Positions 29,469 to 39,566 of a stretch of DNA of 64,000 nt are shown in pieces. Made by a program: the position numbers and the translations under genes. Where the stretch lies: the NCBI GenBank assembly GCA_964496095.1, contig CAZBWU010000002.1, positions 79,595-143,594 of the forward strand, given 5' to 3'. The stretch's first letter is position 1, and each line of letters opens with the position of its first letter. The DNA is from an uncultured Gammaproteobacteria bacterium (GTDB lineage: Bacteria > Patescibacteriota > Patescibacteriia > Magasanikbacterales > GWA2-37-8). The notes under the pieces were generated by a model, which did not search any database, was not told the DNA's origin, and saw only the letters and a list, made by a program, of their open reading frames with translations.

Positions 29469-30335
29469 TTATTTAAATTTTAAAATTTTATTCACCAAAT
29501 CCCCTACCCAAGCCAAAGCAATGCCGACTGGTCGGAATAAAACAAGCCATATCCACACATAAGCAGGCTCCCATTTCTTAAAATAAATCAGCATACTGGC
29601 AGTAAACTGTTTTTGCTTCCATAAAGTAGTCCTCTGCCTAACACTCTGGCCGACATAGTCTACACAACTGATTACCGGTGTGTGTATAACTTTAAACCCA
29701 AGTTTTTTTATCTCTCGGCACAAATCTACATCTTCAAACCAAAAAAAGTATCTTGGGTCAAATGCCCAACCTAGTTTTTCATAAACTTCCCGACGCATAA
29801 TCATAAAAGATCCACGTACTGAATCCACTTCCTGTTCTATGTCGGCGTTAAAATCTGTAAATAAGTAACGATTCAAAACAGAAGGAAATAAATGCGGTAA
29901 TTTAAAAATCAAGGCAAGCTGATCCAAAATCTTTGGAAAACGCCTTGGTTGTGCGTCTTTATTCAAATTCCCACGCTCATCCACTAATTTACAACTAGCC
30001 AAACCAACTCGCGGATTCTTTCTCATCCAGTCCACCATAATATCAAGCGAGTCTGCGCTGACCCGCATATCAGGATTTAAAAAAAGCAAAAATTCGCCTT
30101 GCGCCGTTTTGGCTGCCAAATTATTGGCTCCTGCAAAACCTAAATTTTTATCGCTCTTAATAAGTTTCACCTGTGAAAATTCTTTCTCAATTATATTAGC
30201 TGTATTATCAGAAGAACCATTATCAACTATAATTTCTTCAAAAGAAATATTTTTACAACCTGCCCAAACAGATTTAATTTGTTCAGAAATTAAATCTGCG
30301 GAATTCCAAGTGACGGTGATGATTGAAAGATTCAT
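29469..30335 (-). CDS. Glycosyltransferase family 2
   Basis: 288 aa. 'LSIITVTWNSADLISEQIKSV...IIVDNGSSDNT'. Confidence 0.75.
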   Translation of the reverse strand: MNLSIITVTWNSADLISEQIKSVWAGCKNISFEEIIVDNGSSDNTANIIEKEFSQVKLIKSDKNLGFAGANNLAAKTAQGEFLLFLNPDMRVSADSLDIMVDWMRKNPRVGLASCKLVDERGNLNKDAQPRRFPKILDQLALIFKLPHLFPSVLNRYLFTDFNADIEQEVDSVRGSFMIMRREVYEKLGWAFDPRYFFWFEDVDLCREIKKLGFKVIHTPVISCVDYVGQSVRQRTTLWKQKQFTASMLIYFKKWEPAYVWIWLVLFRPVGIALAWVGDLVNKILKFK

Positions 30336-30459
30336 AAAATAGCAACAAACTTATCTCTGTTTAAGTTGTTCTTTAAAAAAATCAACAACTGGTATGGCCG
30401 TGGGGTCAATCCCCTACAACATTGCAGAATAAAAACTAATATTGGCAGTAAAAACCAAA

Positions 30460-30490
30460 ATTTCACAGGCTTGTGAAATCATATTTTTTC
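30460..30490. terminator. Hairpin atttcaca-ggct-tgtgaaat with T-runs on both sides (bidirectional terminator) in a 477-bp ORF-free region
   Basis: Perfect 8-bp stem at 30460-30467 / 30472-30479. tttttt at 30485-30490 on the plus strand and ttttggtttt on the minus strand (30451-30460). Confidence 0.45.
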
Positions 30491-30812
30491 CCAAACACAC
30501 ACAAGACAACCGTGTTATACTATTTTTCTCTCAAATACCCCAGGTGATTTCATAACGTTTCTGTACACGCTTATCATACAACTCAGACTCCAACAAAACA
30601 AGGGCAAGATTATTTTTATTTGATTCTGGAAATAATATCCCCTCTAATAAATGACCGATAATTTCAAGCGGCACTTTTAAATCATTACGAAAAAGAGTCT
30701 GAATAACATGCGGGTCCTTTCTACCTGCTTACCCAAAGATTCAATATTATTTTTTATATTCTTAGATTCTAGTTGGACAATTTTGGATTGGTTATCTAAC
30801 ATAAAATTTTAC

Positions 30813-31430
30813 TTATAACCTAACTGGTTTAATTTTTCTCTTTAAAAGTTTTATATGGTATTTTTGTAGCGGTTCAAATAACTTTTTCTGTTTTATAATT
30901 CTACGTGCTAGACGACTGCGTATATTAATTACCATATCTGCTTTAAATCGCAAATCCTGATCTATTGCTTTCTCGTCGCCAGCAAAAAATTCCAACCCTC
31001 GACTGAGTCCAATCTTACCAAGAGCATCTAATTTGTCGGCATCTCGTAAAATCCAAGATAACTTATTCTTATCGGCGGCATTATTCCAATGATAGCGTAC
31101 TGCATATAAAATTTGTAGTTTTTCTGTTTTAGATAATACACTAAATTCTTTATCTTCCCGAAACCATTCCTGACACATTTCATACGAAAGCTCATGATGA
31201 CTTTTTATATTACCTGGAAATTCTTCTGTTACTCTTCCAATATCGTGTAGTACTGCTGAAATTTCTGACAAAAATATATTAGCCTTTTCTGCTTTGGCGA
31301 TAATTACGGCCCACTTACTCACCCGCTGAGCATGATCAAACCCATGGGCTTTAACTGGATACTCGGTAAATAAATCTTTTACCTTCGCCCGCGTATAAAT
31401 TATTAATCTTTTTTGAATACTGGAATACAT
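30813..31430 (-). CDS. HD-domain phosphohydrolase
   Basis: 205 aa. 'GFDHAQRV...VLHDIGR' H..HD..D pattern. Confidence 0.6.
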   Translation of the reverse strand: MYSSIQKRLIIYTRAKVKDLFTEYPVKAHGFDHAQRVSKWAVIIAKAEKANIFLSEISAVLHDIGRVTEEFPGNIKSHHELSYEMCQEWFREDKEFSVLSKTEKLQILYAVRYHWNNAADKNKLSWILRDADKLDALGKIGLSRGLEFFAGDEKAIDQDLRFKADMVINIRSRLARRIIKQKKLFEPLQKYHIKLLKRKIKPVRL

Positions 31431-31444
31431 ACTTAAAGCTAAAC

Positions 31445-32296
31445 TTAGACTTGTTTATTTCTCAAGGCTGCATACTTTACCAACGTATCTCGAACGGCTT
31501 CATGTACCTCGCGCATCTGTATACCAAGTTTTACCAAATTACCAGATTGTAAAATATTATTTGATCTAGTTTTTTTCGCCAAACCGCTCGTTACCAATTC
31601 TTGCTCTGAAATCCATTCATTAGTATGACTTGGATCTACAATTTCATTGTACATGGCTAAAATTTCTTTATGTTTAATAGCGCCAGGATTGGTCACATGA
31701 AAAATTCCACTGGCTTGTTTTTCTAACAGTTGCTTAAAAACTCTAACCATATCCTCTACCACAGTCACGCTATTTACCACATCAGCAACTCGTGGAAATA
31801 AAGCCAGCTTGTCTATTAAATTTGCCGGTGAAGATTTGTAATCAATCGGCATTCTAATCCTCGCGATTCCTACATTTGGCAAAGTTGATAAAACTAAATC
31901 CGCTGCATATTTACTACGAGTATATACAGCCAGCGGGTTGGCCGGATCTTCCTCTTTCCAACCGTTTGTGTCTGAAGAATAACCATAATAAATACAGCCT
32001 GTACCCATATGCAACAGATAAACATTTTTTTTCTGACACGCTTCGGCAATCATAATCGGCAAAGTAGTATTGCCTGCAACTGTTTCCAATTGATGGGTTT
32101 CACACCAATCTACATTTGGCTTACCGACTATCCCAGCAGCATTGAGAACTGAATCCGGTTTGTGCTCATCAAGTAAATCTTCTACGTCCTTTACCGAAGT
32201 AATTATTTTACTTGATAAAATTGCCTCCGGCCAAAGACTAGCGCATCTTGATCCCAAAAAACCACTGCCGATAATTAAGATTTTTTTTGCTGACAT
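31445..32296 (-). CDS. NAD-dependent epimerase/reductase (dTDP-4-dehydrorhamnose reductase RmlD-like)
   Basis: 283 aa. Rossmann 'ILIIGSGFLGSR'. Short-chain reductase of the RmlD subtype. Adjacent to rmlB. Confidence 0.6.
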   Translation of the reverse strand: MSAKKILIIGSGFLGSRCASLWPEAILSSKIITSVKDVEDLLDEHKPDSVLNAAGIVGKPNVDWCETHQLETVAGNTTLPIMIAEACQKKNVYLLHMGTGCIYYGYSSDTNGWKEEDPANPLAVYTRSKYAADLVLSTLPNVGIARIRMPIDYKSSPANLIDKLALFPRVADVVNSVTVVEDMVRVFKQLLEKQASGIFHVTNPGAIKHKEILAMYNEIVDPSHTNEWISEQELVTSGLAKKTRSNNILQSGNLVKLGIQMREVHEAVRDTLVKYAALRNKQV

Positions 32297-32307
32297 AAAT
32301 TTTTAAA

Positions 32308-33318
32308 TTATTTTCTCTCTAAATACTGTTTTTTAAAATACTCCGCATGTTCCCCATTTTTGAGTGGCTGCCACCAATCTGGATTATTTTTATACCACGC
32401 AATAGTTTCCTTCAATCCTGTTTCAAAATCCTTTTCCGCTTTCCAACCAAAATCGTTTTCCAATTTACTGCAATCTATAGAATATCTTCTATCGTGTCCT
32501 GGCCTATCTTTGACTGGCTCAATCATTTCTTCGCCCATTTCCATCTCAGATAAAATTAATTTTGTAATCTCTATATTTTTCAACTCCTTACCAGTTCCAA
32601 TATTATAAACATTGCCCGCCTCTGCCTGGTGTAATAAAACATCAATCGCTCGGCAATGATCGCTCGTGTGGATCCACTCTCGCACATTCTTACCATCTCC
32701 ATACAGCGGCACTTTTTTACCCTCAATTAAGTTGGTAATAAAAAATGGGATTAATTTTTCAGGAAATTGATTGGTGCCATAAAAATTACAGCTATGAGAA
32801 ACTACTATCGGTGTTTTGTAAGTGACAAAATAGGCGCGACACAGATGGTCGCCTCCGGCCTTGGCCGCGGCGTAAGGACTATTAGGAGAAAAAGAAGAAT
32901 CCTCGGTAAAACTTCCCTCCTCTATACTTCCATAAACTTCATCTGTAGATACCTGAACCATTTTTTTGAGATTAAAATTTTTGGTCGCCTCAAGTAAATT
33001 GAAAGATCCTAAAATTTCTGTGCGTAAAAAAACATCTGGATCCATAATCGATCGATCTACATGACTTTCAGCTGCATAATTAACTATTGCGTCAATTTTA
33101 TTTTCCTCAACGACTTTATTTACCGCCTCGCGATCGCAAATATCTCCCTGCACAAATTTATATTGAGGATTGTTTTCTACTTCGCGTAAATTTTCCAAAT
33201 TACCGGCATAGGTTAACTTATCAAAATTAATCACTTTGTAACCAGGATACTTTACCAAAATATATTTTATAAAATGGGATCCCATAAATCCCGCTCCACC
33301 ACAAACTAAAAGATTCAT
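32308..33318 (-). CDS. rfbB: dTDP-glucose 4,6-dehydratase
   Basis: 'LLVCGGAGFMGSHFIKYIL...VINFDKLTYAGNLENL', a 'YAAAKAGGDHL' YxxxK triad, and C-terminal 'NPDWWQPL'. Confidence 0.85.
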   Translation of the reverse strand: MNLLVCGGAGFMGSHFIKYILVKYPGYKVINFDKLTYAGNLENLREVENNPQYKFVQGDICDREAVNKVVEENKIDAIVNYAAESHVDRSIMDPDVFLRTEILGSFNLLEATKNFNLKKMVQVSTDEVYGSIEEGSFTEDSSFSPNSPYAAAKAGGDHLCRAYFVTYKTPIVVSHSCNFYGTNQFPEKLIPFFITNLIEGKKVPLYGDGKNVREWIHTSDHCRAIDVLLHQAEAGNVYNIGTGKELKNIEITKLILSEMEMGEEMIEPVKDRPGHDRRYSIDCSKLENDFGWKAEKDFETGLKETIAWYKNNPDWWQPLKNGEHAEYFKKQYLERK

Positions 33319-33333
33319 ACAAAAATGTTTAAT

Positions 33334-34446
33334 CTATTTCACCGAACTATATTTACTAATACTGGCTACAATACCTATACTAGCTAACCCAATTAACATA
33401 GCCGTACCACCGTGGCTGACAAACGGCAGTGGCACACCTGTTAATGGTAATAGACCAATAATAGTGCCAATATTTAGAAAAGATTGCCAGATAAACCATA
33501 CCATAATCCCTACCCCAAGTAAACGACCAAACTCATCTGGAGCGCCCTTGGCTATCTTAAACCCCCTTAATCCTAAGAATGTAATAAGAAGCACCAGAAA
33601 GCTGGTTTTAAGCAATCCCATCTCTTCGGCTATAACCGCAAAAATTGAGTCTGCTTGCACTTCGGGTAAATATTGGAACTTTTGTCGGGAATGACCCAAA
33701 CCAAGCCCCCAGAAGCCTCCAGAGCCCACTGCTAGGTATGCCTGATTGATTTGATAGCCAATGCCCTGGGGATCAAGTTCCGGATGCAAAAAAGTTGTAA
33801 GTCTTTTAACTCTATATGGTGCCACTAATAATAACACCACAAAGGCAACTATCCCAAGCAAAGCCAAAATGGCCAAATAAACCTTTGGGGTGTTTGCCAA
33901 ATAAAGCATCGCGAAAATAATTACTACCAAAATTGATAAGGTGCCCACATCAGGCTGAGCAGCGATTAATAATACTGCTGGCGAAAGAATCGCTAAAACT
34001 GGCAACAGTCCATTTTTCCAATCGCTTAGATCTCTTTTTTCCGACAACATTTTTGCTAAAATAATAATCACCGTTAATTTTACAAATTCAGATGGTTGAA
34101 AACTAAACCCAAACAAATGTACCCAACTCCTAGAACCATTAATCATAAGACTAATACTTGGTATAAAAACCAAACATAGAGCTCCTAGAGACAATAAATA
34201 AACAATACCACCCAATTTTTGCCAAATTTGATATTTTAGATTTCCTAAAATAAAAAATAAAAATAATCCCGGCAAAACTCCGAACAAAATTTGTTTCTTA
34301 ATAAAAAAATAAATATCGCCAAACTTGGCATATCCTACGGGTGCACTAGCCGAAGAAAGTAGTATTAATCCAAAAACAACCAAAATACCAAAAAACAATA
34401 AAAATAATCTATCCGCTGATTTTTTATATTTCTCCATAGAGCCCAC
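33334..34446 (-). CDS. SEDS-family peptidoglycan polymerase (FtsW/RodA)
   Basis: 370 aa, ~10 TM. Conserved 'QPSEFVK' and 'PDVGT'. Confidence 0.8.
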   Translation of the reverse strand: MGSMEKYKKSADRLFLLFFGILVVFGLILLSSASAPVGYAKFGDIYFFIKKQILFGVLPGLFLFFILGNLKYQIWQKLGGIVYLLSLGALCLVFIPSISLMINGSRSWVHLFGFSFQPSEFVKLTVIIILAKMLSEKRDLSDWKNGLLPVLAILSPAVLLIAAQPDVGTLSILVVIIFAMLYLANTPKVYLAILALLGIVAFVVLLLVAPYRVKRLTTFLHPELDPQGIGYQINQAYLAVGSGGFWGLGLGHSRQKFQYLPEVQADSIFAVIAEEMGLLKTSFLVLLITFLGLRGFKIAKGAPDEFGRLLGVGIMVWFIWQSFLNIGTIIGLLPLTGVPLPFVSHGGTAMLIGLASIGIVASISKYSSVK

Positions 34447-34461
34447 TTACTTTACCAAACA

Positions 34462-34872
34462 TTACGAATTTAACCCTACCAACAAAAGAACGCCGACCGT
34501 CAAAAAAACATGAAAGAAAAAAACCCAAAAACTTAAAAACCTAGCTAAAAATTTGTCAAACTTGTACATAGCTGCAGAAAAAAGATAGTTCGCAAAAATA
34601 ATCAAAATTCCTATAGCTGGCAAGTAATAAATTTGCCACCAATTACCAACCAGATCAACGCCAAAAATGATATTATAGTGCAAGAAAATCTGGCCAGCAT
34701 CTTGTCGAATGTTAAAAATCAGGCTCCACCACAAAAATAACTGCAATAAAACAGATCCTGCCAAAGGCAAGGAAACCCACAAATCTCGGAAATATAGCTT
34801 GAAAGAGTAAAACACAGCTTCCTTGACAATAATTACAAGATATAGTATATTATTTCTACTCAAATAAATCAA
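34462..34872 (-). CDS. Hypothetical integral membrane protein
   Basis: 136 aa with four predicted hydrophobic helices. No conserved motif recognised. Confidence 0.35.
   Translation of the reverse strand: MIYLSRNNILYLVIIVKEAVFYSFKLYFRDLWVSLPLAGSVLLQLFLWWSLIFNIRQDAGQIFLHYNIIFGVDLVGNWWQIYYLPAIGILIIFANYLFSAAMYKFDKFLARFLSFWVFFFHVFLTVGVLLLVGLNS
34823..34851 (+). promoter_or_regulatory. Consensus sigma-70 promoter TTGACA-N17-TATATT for rpmA
   Basis: TTGACA at 34823-34828, a 17-nt spacer, TATATT at 34846-34851. The ATG is at 34888. Confidence 0.6.
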
Positions 34873-34887
34873 CCCTAACAGTATCTT

Positions 34888-35163
34888 ATGTCACATAAAA
34901 AAGCAGGTGGCTCTACCCGGTTGGGTCGCGATTCCGCCGCCCAACGCCTAGGTGTTAAGCTCCACGACGGTCAGGCTGTACAAAAAGGTATGATAATCAT
35001 ACGTCAAAGAGGCTCAAAATTCCGTGTTGGAAAAAATGTTAAAAGAGCTGGCGATGATAGCATCTTTGCTATGGAAAACGGCAAAGTCAAATTCACACAA
35101 AAGAAAAGACGCCGATTTGATGGAACTATGGTCATGGCCAAGTTTGTCCACGTAGTAGCCTAA
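34888..35163 (+). CDS. rpmA: 50S ribosomal protein L27
   Basis: 'MSHKKAGGSTRLGRDSAAQRLGVK...IIIRQRGSKF' is a near-universal L27 N-terminus. Confidence 0.9.
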   Translation: MSHKKAGGSTRLGRDSAAQRLGVKLHDGQAVQKGMIIIRQRGSKFRVGKNVKRAGDDSIFAMENGKVKFTQKKRRRFDGTMVMAKFVHVVA

Positions 35164-35180
35164 ATTAAACTTAAAACAAA

Positions 35181-35215
35181 AAACCCTGTATAGCATACAG
35201 AGTTTTTTGTTTTTG
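35181..35215. terminator. Rho-independent terminator between convergent rpmA and the epimerase gene
   Basis: ctgtat-agc-atacag stem followed by tttttt. Confidence 0.55.
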
Positions 35216-35218
35216 TGA

Positions 35219-36121
35219 TTATTCTATCCCCCATTCCTTCTTAAGCTCAGCTATACCTTCCTCTAAAGAGATGGCTGGTTCCCAACCAAGGAGGGTTTTG
35301 GCTCTTGTATTGTCTGCTGCTGCAGAGGCCATTTCACCAATCCTGGCCGGTATATTGATTCTAGAACCTCCGATTAAGTCAGCTATCTCATTTACACTTG
35401 TTTGATTTCCAGATCCAATATTTATAACAGATCCACTAGTAACTTCTGATTGCCAGGCTAAAATATTAGCCCGCACCACATCTCTTACATGAACATAATC
35501 ACGAGTTGCCAGACCATTACCAACTATAGTCATGGGAACATTCTTAGATTTTTGATTTAAAAAAATAGGTATTACCATTGGATATGCGCCTGTAGCCAAT
35601 TTACGCGGTCCAAATACATTAAAATACCTAAGACTAACTGTTTTTAAAGCATACAATTTAGAAAATAATTTACAATAATTTTCTCCTATCAGCTTATGTA
35701 GCCCATAAGGACTTACTGGACTAACTATTGCATCTTCTTTAAATGGTGGCTCTTCCAAACCGTATACTGCACATGAAGAAGAAAAGACTACTTTATCTAC
35801 CTGGTTTTCCTTAGCGGCCCAAAGCACATTTAATGTGCCGTTCACATTAATATCATTTGTAACTAATGGATTTTCAATAGAAATAGGTAGGCGCGGATCA
35901 GCCGCTAAATGAAAGATAGCTTCTGTATTTTTAAATATTTTTTTTAAACTTTTATAATCTCTAATATCTTTTTTATAAAATTTGGCTTTTTTATTTATAA
36001 ATTCCTTTTTACCAAGCATTAAATTATCAACTACAACCACCTCATGACCAAGTCTAATTAACTCATCGGTTAAATGTGAACCAATAAAACCAGCACCACC
36101 TGTGACAACTAATTTAGACAT
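35219..36121 (-). CDS. NAD-dependent nucleotide-sugar epimerase/dehydratase (GalE/UXS-like)
   Basis: 'KLVVTGGAGFIGSHL' Rossmann fold and a YxxxK motif. 300 aa. Confidence 0.75.
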   Translation of the reverse strand: MSKLVVTGGAGFIGSHLTDELIRLGHEVVVVDNLMLGKKEFINKKAKFYKKDIRDYKSLKKIFKNTEAIFHLAADPRLPISIENPLVTNDINVNGTLNVLWAAKENQVDKVVFSSSCAVYGLEEPPFKEDAIVSPVSPYGLHKLIGENYCKLFSKLYALKTVSLRYFNVFGPRKLATGAYPMVIPIFLNQKSKNVPMTIVGNGLATRDYVHVRDVVRANILAWQSEVTSGSVINIGSGNQTSVNEIADLIGGSRINIPARIGEMASAAADNTRAKTLLGWEPAISLEEGIAELKKEWGIE

Positions 36122-36124
36122 AAA

Positions 36125-37522
36125 TTAATTTTTTCCTTTAATAAATTGGGAACCGACAGCTATAACATCATATCCTGCTCCTTGCATTTTTTCATAACTA
36201 TGAGAAATCATACGCCTACCATCTGCGATTAAATACGGAGTTGGACAAACTTTTAAAATGAGCTGGTCTAAGGTACTGAATTGAGGCCAGTCCGTAAGAA
36301 TAAAACAAGCAGAACTATCTTTCAATGCCTCTTCTTCATTAACACAATAGTGAATTAAATCGGCATATTTATCACCATAATTTTTTTTAAATATTTCATT
36401 AGAAACAGGATCGTAAATACGTAATTGGCCTACCCCATTTTCAATTAATTTAACTACTATATCCGAAGCCCCAGAATTTCTAATATCATTAGTATCACGC
36501 TTAAATGATAAACCGAGGATCGCTAACGACCTTCCTTTGACTACAAAGTTCGCATCCTTTTTAATTCTTTCAAAAAAATTATCAAATTGAAAAATATTTC
36601 CATGCAAAACACTGCGAATTTGTTCTGTATTGCCACCTGCAACTTCTAACTGACGAGCTAGGGCAAACGAATCCTTGGTTAGGCAACTACCACCAGCATA
36701 GATATTATTATAAAATCCATAATTACCTATCCTTTTATCGGTTGTAATTATCTTTCGGAGTTTTTCAAAATTAATACCAGATATTACCTCGCTGGCTCTT
36801 CCTACCACCTCAAAAGTCGTAACCAAACGACTAAGTAAAATATAATTGGATATCAACTTACCGGCCGCAGATTCACGTGGATTAACTTCAACATAAGATA
36901 CCCCCGGAGCATTATAAAAACGCTGATAAAGTTCACGCATTATTATAAAGTCTTTTTCTTGTGTTGCTCCCACCACCACTCTGTCGGGGCTAAACGAATC
37001 CTTAACAGCCTGTCCTTCTACTAAAAACTCTGGGTTGGACACAACACCAAAATTTTTAACACCCTTATTTTCAAAATTTTGGACGAGTTTTTCTTGCGTA
37101 TTGATAGGCACTGTACTTTTTATGGCTATAACAACATACTTTTCCTGGCTTCCTCCATTACGATGAAGCAACGCCTGAGACAAGGCGAAAACTGCATCAT
37201 CAAAATATGAAAGATTATAATCCCCCACTTCTTTATTTTTAAGAGGGGTTGGCACACAAATAAAAATTACATCCGCTGAATCAAGGTAACTAGAAAATTT
37301 ATTATAATCATCGGTAAAGACCATTCTTTGTTTATTCTGCACAATTAAACTGCCCAAATCTTGCTCAAATAAAGCAGACTCAATTAAATCGCGATCAAAG
37401 GTATTAAGAACACCTATTCTTTCTTTGTTTATATCATAAACAACAGCATTGTGGCCAAATTTTGCCATTACTACAGCACTACAACTCCCAACAAAACCAG
37501 CACCTATATACAGAATGTTCAT
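36125..37522 (-). CDS. Nucleotide-sugar 6-dehydrogenase (UDP-glucose / UDP-N-acetyl-hexosamine dehydrogenase family)
   Basis: N-terminal 'ILYIGAGFVGS' and catalytic Cys context 'GGSCLTKD'. 465 aa. Confidence 0.8.
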   Translation of the reverse strand: MNILYIGAGFVGSCSAVVMAKFGHNAVVYDINKERIGVLNTFDRDLIESALFEQDLGSLIVQNKQRMVFTDDYNKFSSYLDSADVIFICVPTPLKNKEVGDYNLSYFDDAVFALSQALLHRNGGSQEKYVVIAIKSTVPINTQEKLVQNFENKGVKNFGVVSNPEFLVEGQAVKDSFSPDRVVVGATQEKDFIIMRELYQRFYNAPGVSYVEVNPRESAAGKLISNYILLSRLVTTFEVVGRASEVISGINFEKLRKIITTDKRIGNYGFYNNIYAGGSCLTKDSFALARQLEVAGGNTEQIRSVLHGNIFQFDNFFERIKKDANFVVKGRSLAILGLSFKRDTNDIRNSGASDIVVKLIENGVGQLRIYDPVSNEIFKKNYGDKYADLIHYCVNEEEALKDSSACFILTDWPQFSTLDQLILKVCPTPYLIADGRRMISHSYEKMQGAGYDVIAVGSQFIKGKN

Positions 37523-37525
37523 AAT

Positions 37526-37538
37526 CGAAATGAGTGAG
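37526..37538 (-). promoter_or_regulatory. Conserved 13-nt pre-ATG motif CTCACTCATTTCG (copy 1, upstream of the 6-dehydrogenase gene)
   Basis: An identical 13-mer sits at -16..-4 relative to the ATG, at the same distance as the copy at 61686-61698 upstream of gmd. Confidence 0.4.
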
Positions 37539-37619
37539 TATAAAATTAAATGTGTTTAATGAGGGTTTTGATTATTAATTCAGCTAGCATTTAAGTCCCA
37601 ATCGTTTAATTACGTTAAT

Positions 37620-38570
37620 TTATTTTTCCATTTTTTTTGCTACAACTAACATATGCCCCGACAATTTATGGGTAGAAATAAATTCCTGAAAATCTTGGGT
37701 CAGCAATTGTTTAATAAATCCTTTGGCTTTCCCAGACTTCTTAACTAACTCTACGTCCAGCTTGCCAGGGGTGGAAATGTCAACTGGTATGAACCCACAT
37801 CTTTTTAAAAGCACTTCAACGGAAAAAGGGTTAAGGTAATTAAGATGTTCGTGGTCAATGGTATGGCTGGCTGTACCCTGCACTACTACATCGAACCCCA
37901 TTCCATTGGGTACTGTAAAGGCCAGCAAACCATCTTTGTTAAGCGCTTTGTGACAGGCTGTTAAAAAATTTTTGGGAGAAAACAGATGCTCCATGGTTTC
38001 AAAGTGAACTACCACGTCAAAACCCCTTCCTTTGTATTTTTCAATAGGAAGATTAACTACTTCAATACCTTTATTTCTACAAGTCTCTGCCAGGCTTTTA
38101 GAGGGCTCCACAGCTACAACTCTTTTAAATACCTTTCTACTTTTTAACTCCTCGCAGAATATCCCATGGGCTGCCCCAACTTCCAACAATGAACCGGTTT
38201 TGACTTTGTATTTCCTACAAACTTCCAACAGTCTGTCCACCCTTGGTACGAATAATTGTTTTCTCCTACTTTGTTCTGAAGCTGGAAAAATGTATTTATT
38301 CCAATAATCATAATTAGGCGAATAGGCATAAAACCACTCTAGTATCTTTGGTGTAGGACGGGGGTTGGTATAAAAGGTTTGGCAGACCAAACACTCGTCA
38401 AAATTAAACCCCCACTTTGTATATTTATGTTGCCTCTTATTGGAACCACAGGCCGGACAGGCAACCTTAACAAATTCAGACTTTTTTGACTGCATCCTCT
38501 TAATGTCTGCTTTTTTAGCAGACTCCCCCTTATTCATTAAATTTTGGGGCCTAATTTCATTTTCTCTCAT
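37620..38570 (-). CDS. Class I SAM-dependent methyltransferase with N-terminal Cys4 zinc ribbon
   Basis: 'CPACGS...CLVCQ' followed by methyltransferase motif I 'LLEVGAAHGIF'. Confidence 0.65.
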   Translation of the reverse strand: MRENEIRPQNLMNKGESAKKADIKRMQSKKSEFVKVACPACGSNKRQHKYTKWGFNFDECLVCQTFYTNPRPTPKILEWFYAYSPNYDYWNKYIFPASEQSRRKQLFVPRVDRLLEVCRKYKVKTGSLLEVGAAHGIFCEELKSRKVFKRVVAVEPSKSLAETCRNKGIEVVNLPIEKYKGRGFDVVVHFETMEHLFSPKNFLTACHKALNKDGLLAFTVPNGMGFDVVVQGTASHTIDHEHLNYLNPFSVEVLLKRCGFIPVDISTPGKLDVELVKKSGKAKGFIKQLLTQDFQEFISTHKLSGHMLVVAKKMEK

Positions 38571-38822
38571 ATAATTGCCAAGTGGTTAATTTTTAAAATC
38601 GCGAATCAGACAGCTTGTCAACAAAATATTTAAACTCTATTTCTACTACCGCTTCCGTGACTTCTACTACCCAATCCCAAAATTTTTAGTCGAGATGGGT
38701 AACTTCTTCCATAGTAATATATCAAACTCTGTTTTAGTTAGCAAATTATTATATATTCAAAAACTGATAGTCTTTCTAAGGCTTCATACCTGATTAGCTC
38801 GCATTAATGATAACAATCTTCA

Positions 38823-39566
38823 TTATATAACATACTGTCTAACCTTAGAAAGCACCCTGCGCACGATAAATAAAAATGGTACGTCTAGATGATTGACCTC
38901 CCAAGCTCTTTTGAGCTCTCTCCACCCTTTTTTTCGGTGTTTTATGCTTGCGGCGCTAGTACCTCCCTCACGCATAGACACGAGCGTTTCATCAATATAA
39001 CTTAACGTAATGTGTCTGAGTAAGAAACGCAACATCAATTCATAATCCGCAGCTATCTTAAAATCAAGATTAAATAACCCATACTTTTCGTATACGCTAC
39101 GTTTTACGAAAAATGCCGGGTGCGGCATTATCCACCCTGAACGTAATTTTTCTTTGCGATATTCACCCGCGCGCCAAAACCTAACTTTTTTTTCTATATT
39201 ATCTCTATCTATGTACTGAATATTTCCATAACATGCATCTACTCCGGTTTTTTTAAACTGATTGACCACTGTTGCGATTATGTCTTTATTACAATAAAAA
39301 TCATCTGAATTGATAATTCCAATAATTTCACCAGTAGCTTTTTTTATCCCCTTATTCATGGCATCGTATATTCCTTTGTCTGGCTCTGATATAATCTCAG
39401 CTATTTGACTAGAATATTTTTTAACAATATCTAAAGTGCCATCTTTTGATCGACCATCAATAATAATATACTCAACATCTGGATAAGTTTGAGATAGTAC
39501 GCTTTCTATGGTATCTTTGATTGTTTTTTCACTATTGTAGCAAATTGTGATAATGGAAATTTTCAT
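38823..39566 (-). CDS. Glycosyltransferase family 2
   Basis: 'ISIITICYNSEKTIKDTIESVLSQTYPDVEYIIIDGRSKDGT' is the canonical GT2 N-terminus. Confidence 0.8.
   Translation of the reverse strand: MKISIITICYNSEKTIKDTIESVLSQTYPDVEYIIIDGRSKDGTLDIVKKYSSQIAEIISEPDKGIYDAMNKGIKKATGEIIGIINSDDFYCNKDIIATVVNQFKKTGVDACYGNIQYIDRDNIEKKVRFWRAGEYRKEKLRSGWIMPHPAFFVKRSVYEKYGLFNLDFKIAADYELMLRFLLRHITLSYIDETLVSMREGGTSAASIKHRKKGWRELKRAWEVNHLDVPFLFIVRRVLSKVRQYVI

Noticed and set aside
30390-30430. tRNA-like T-arm sequence ggggtcaatcccc suggesting a tRNA fragment or integration-site remnant
   Set aside because: No acceptor or D-arm can be built around it. It does not match the 3' ends of the three tRNAs in the window. 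Probably a chance hairpin.
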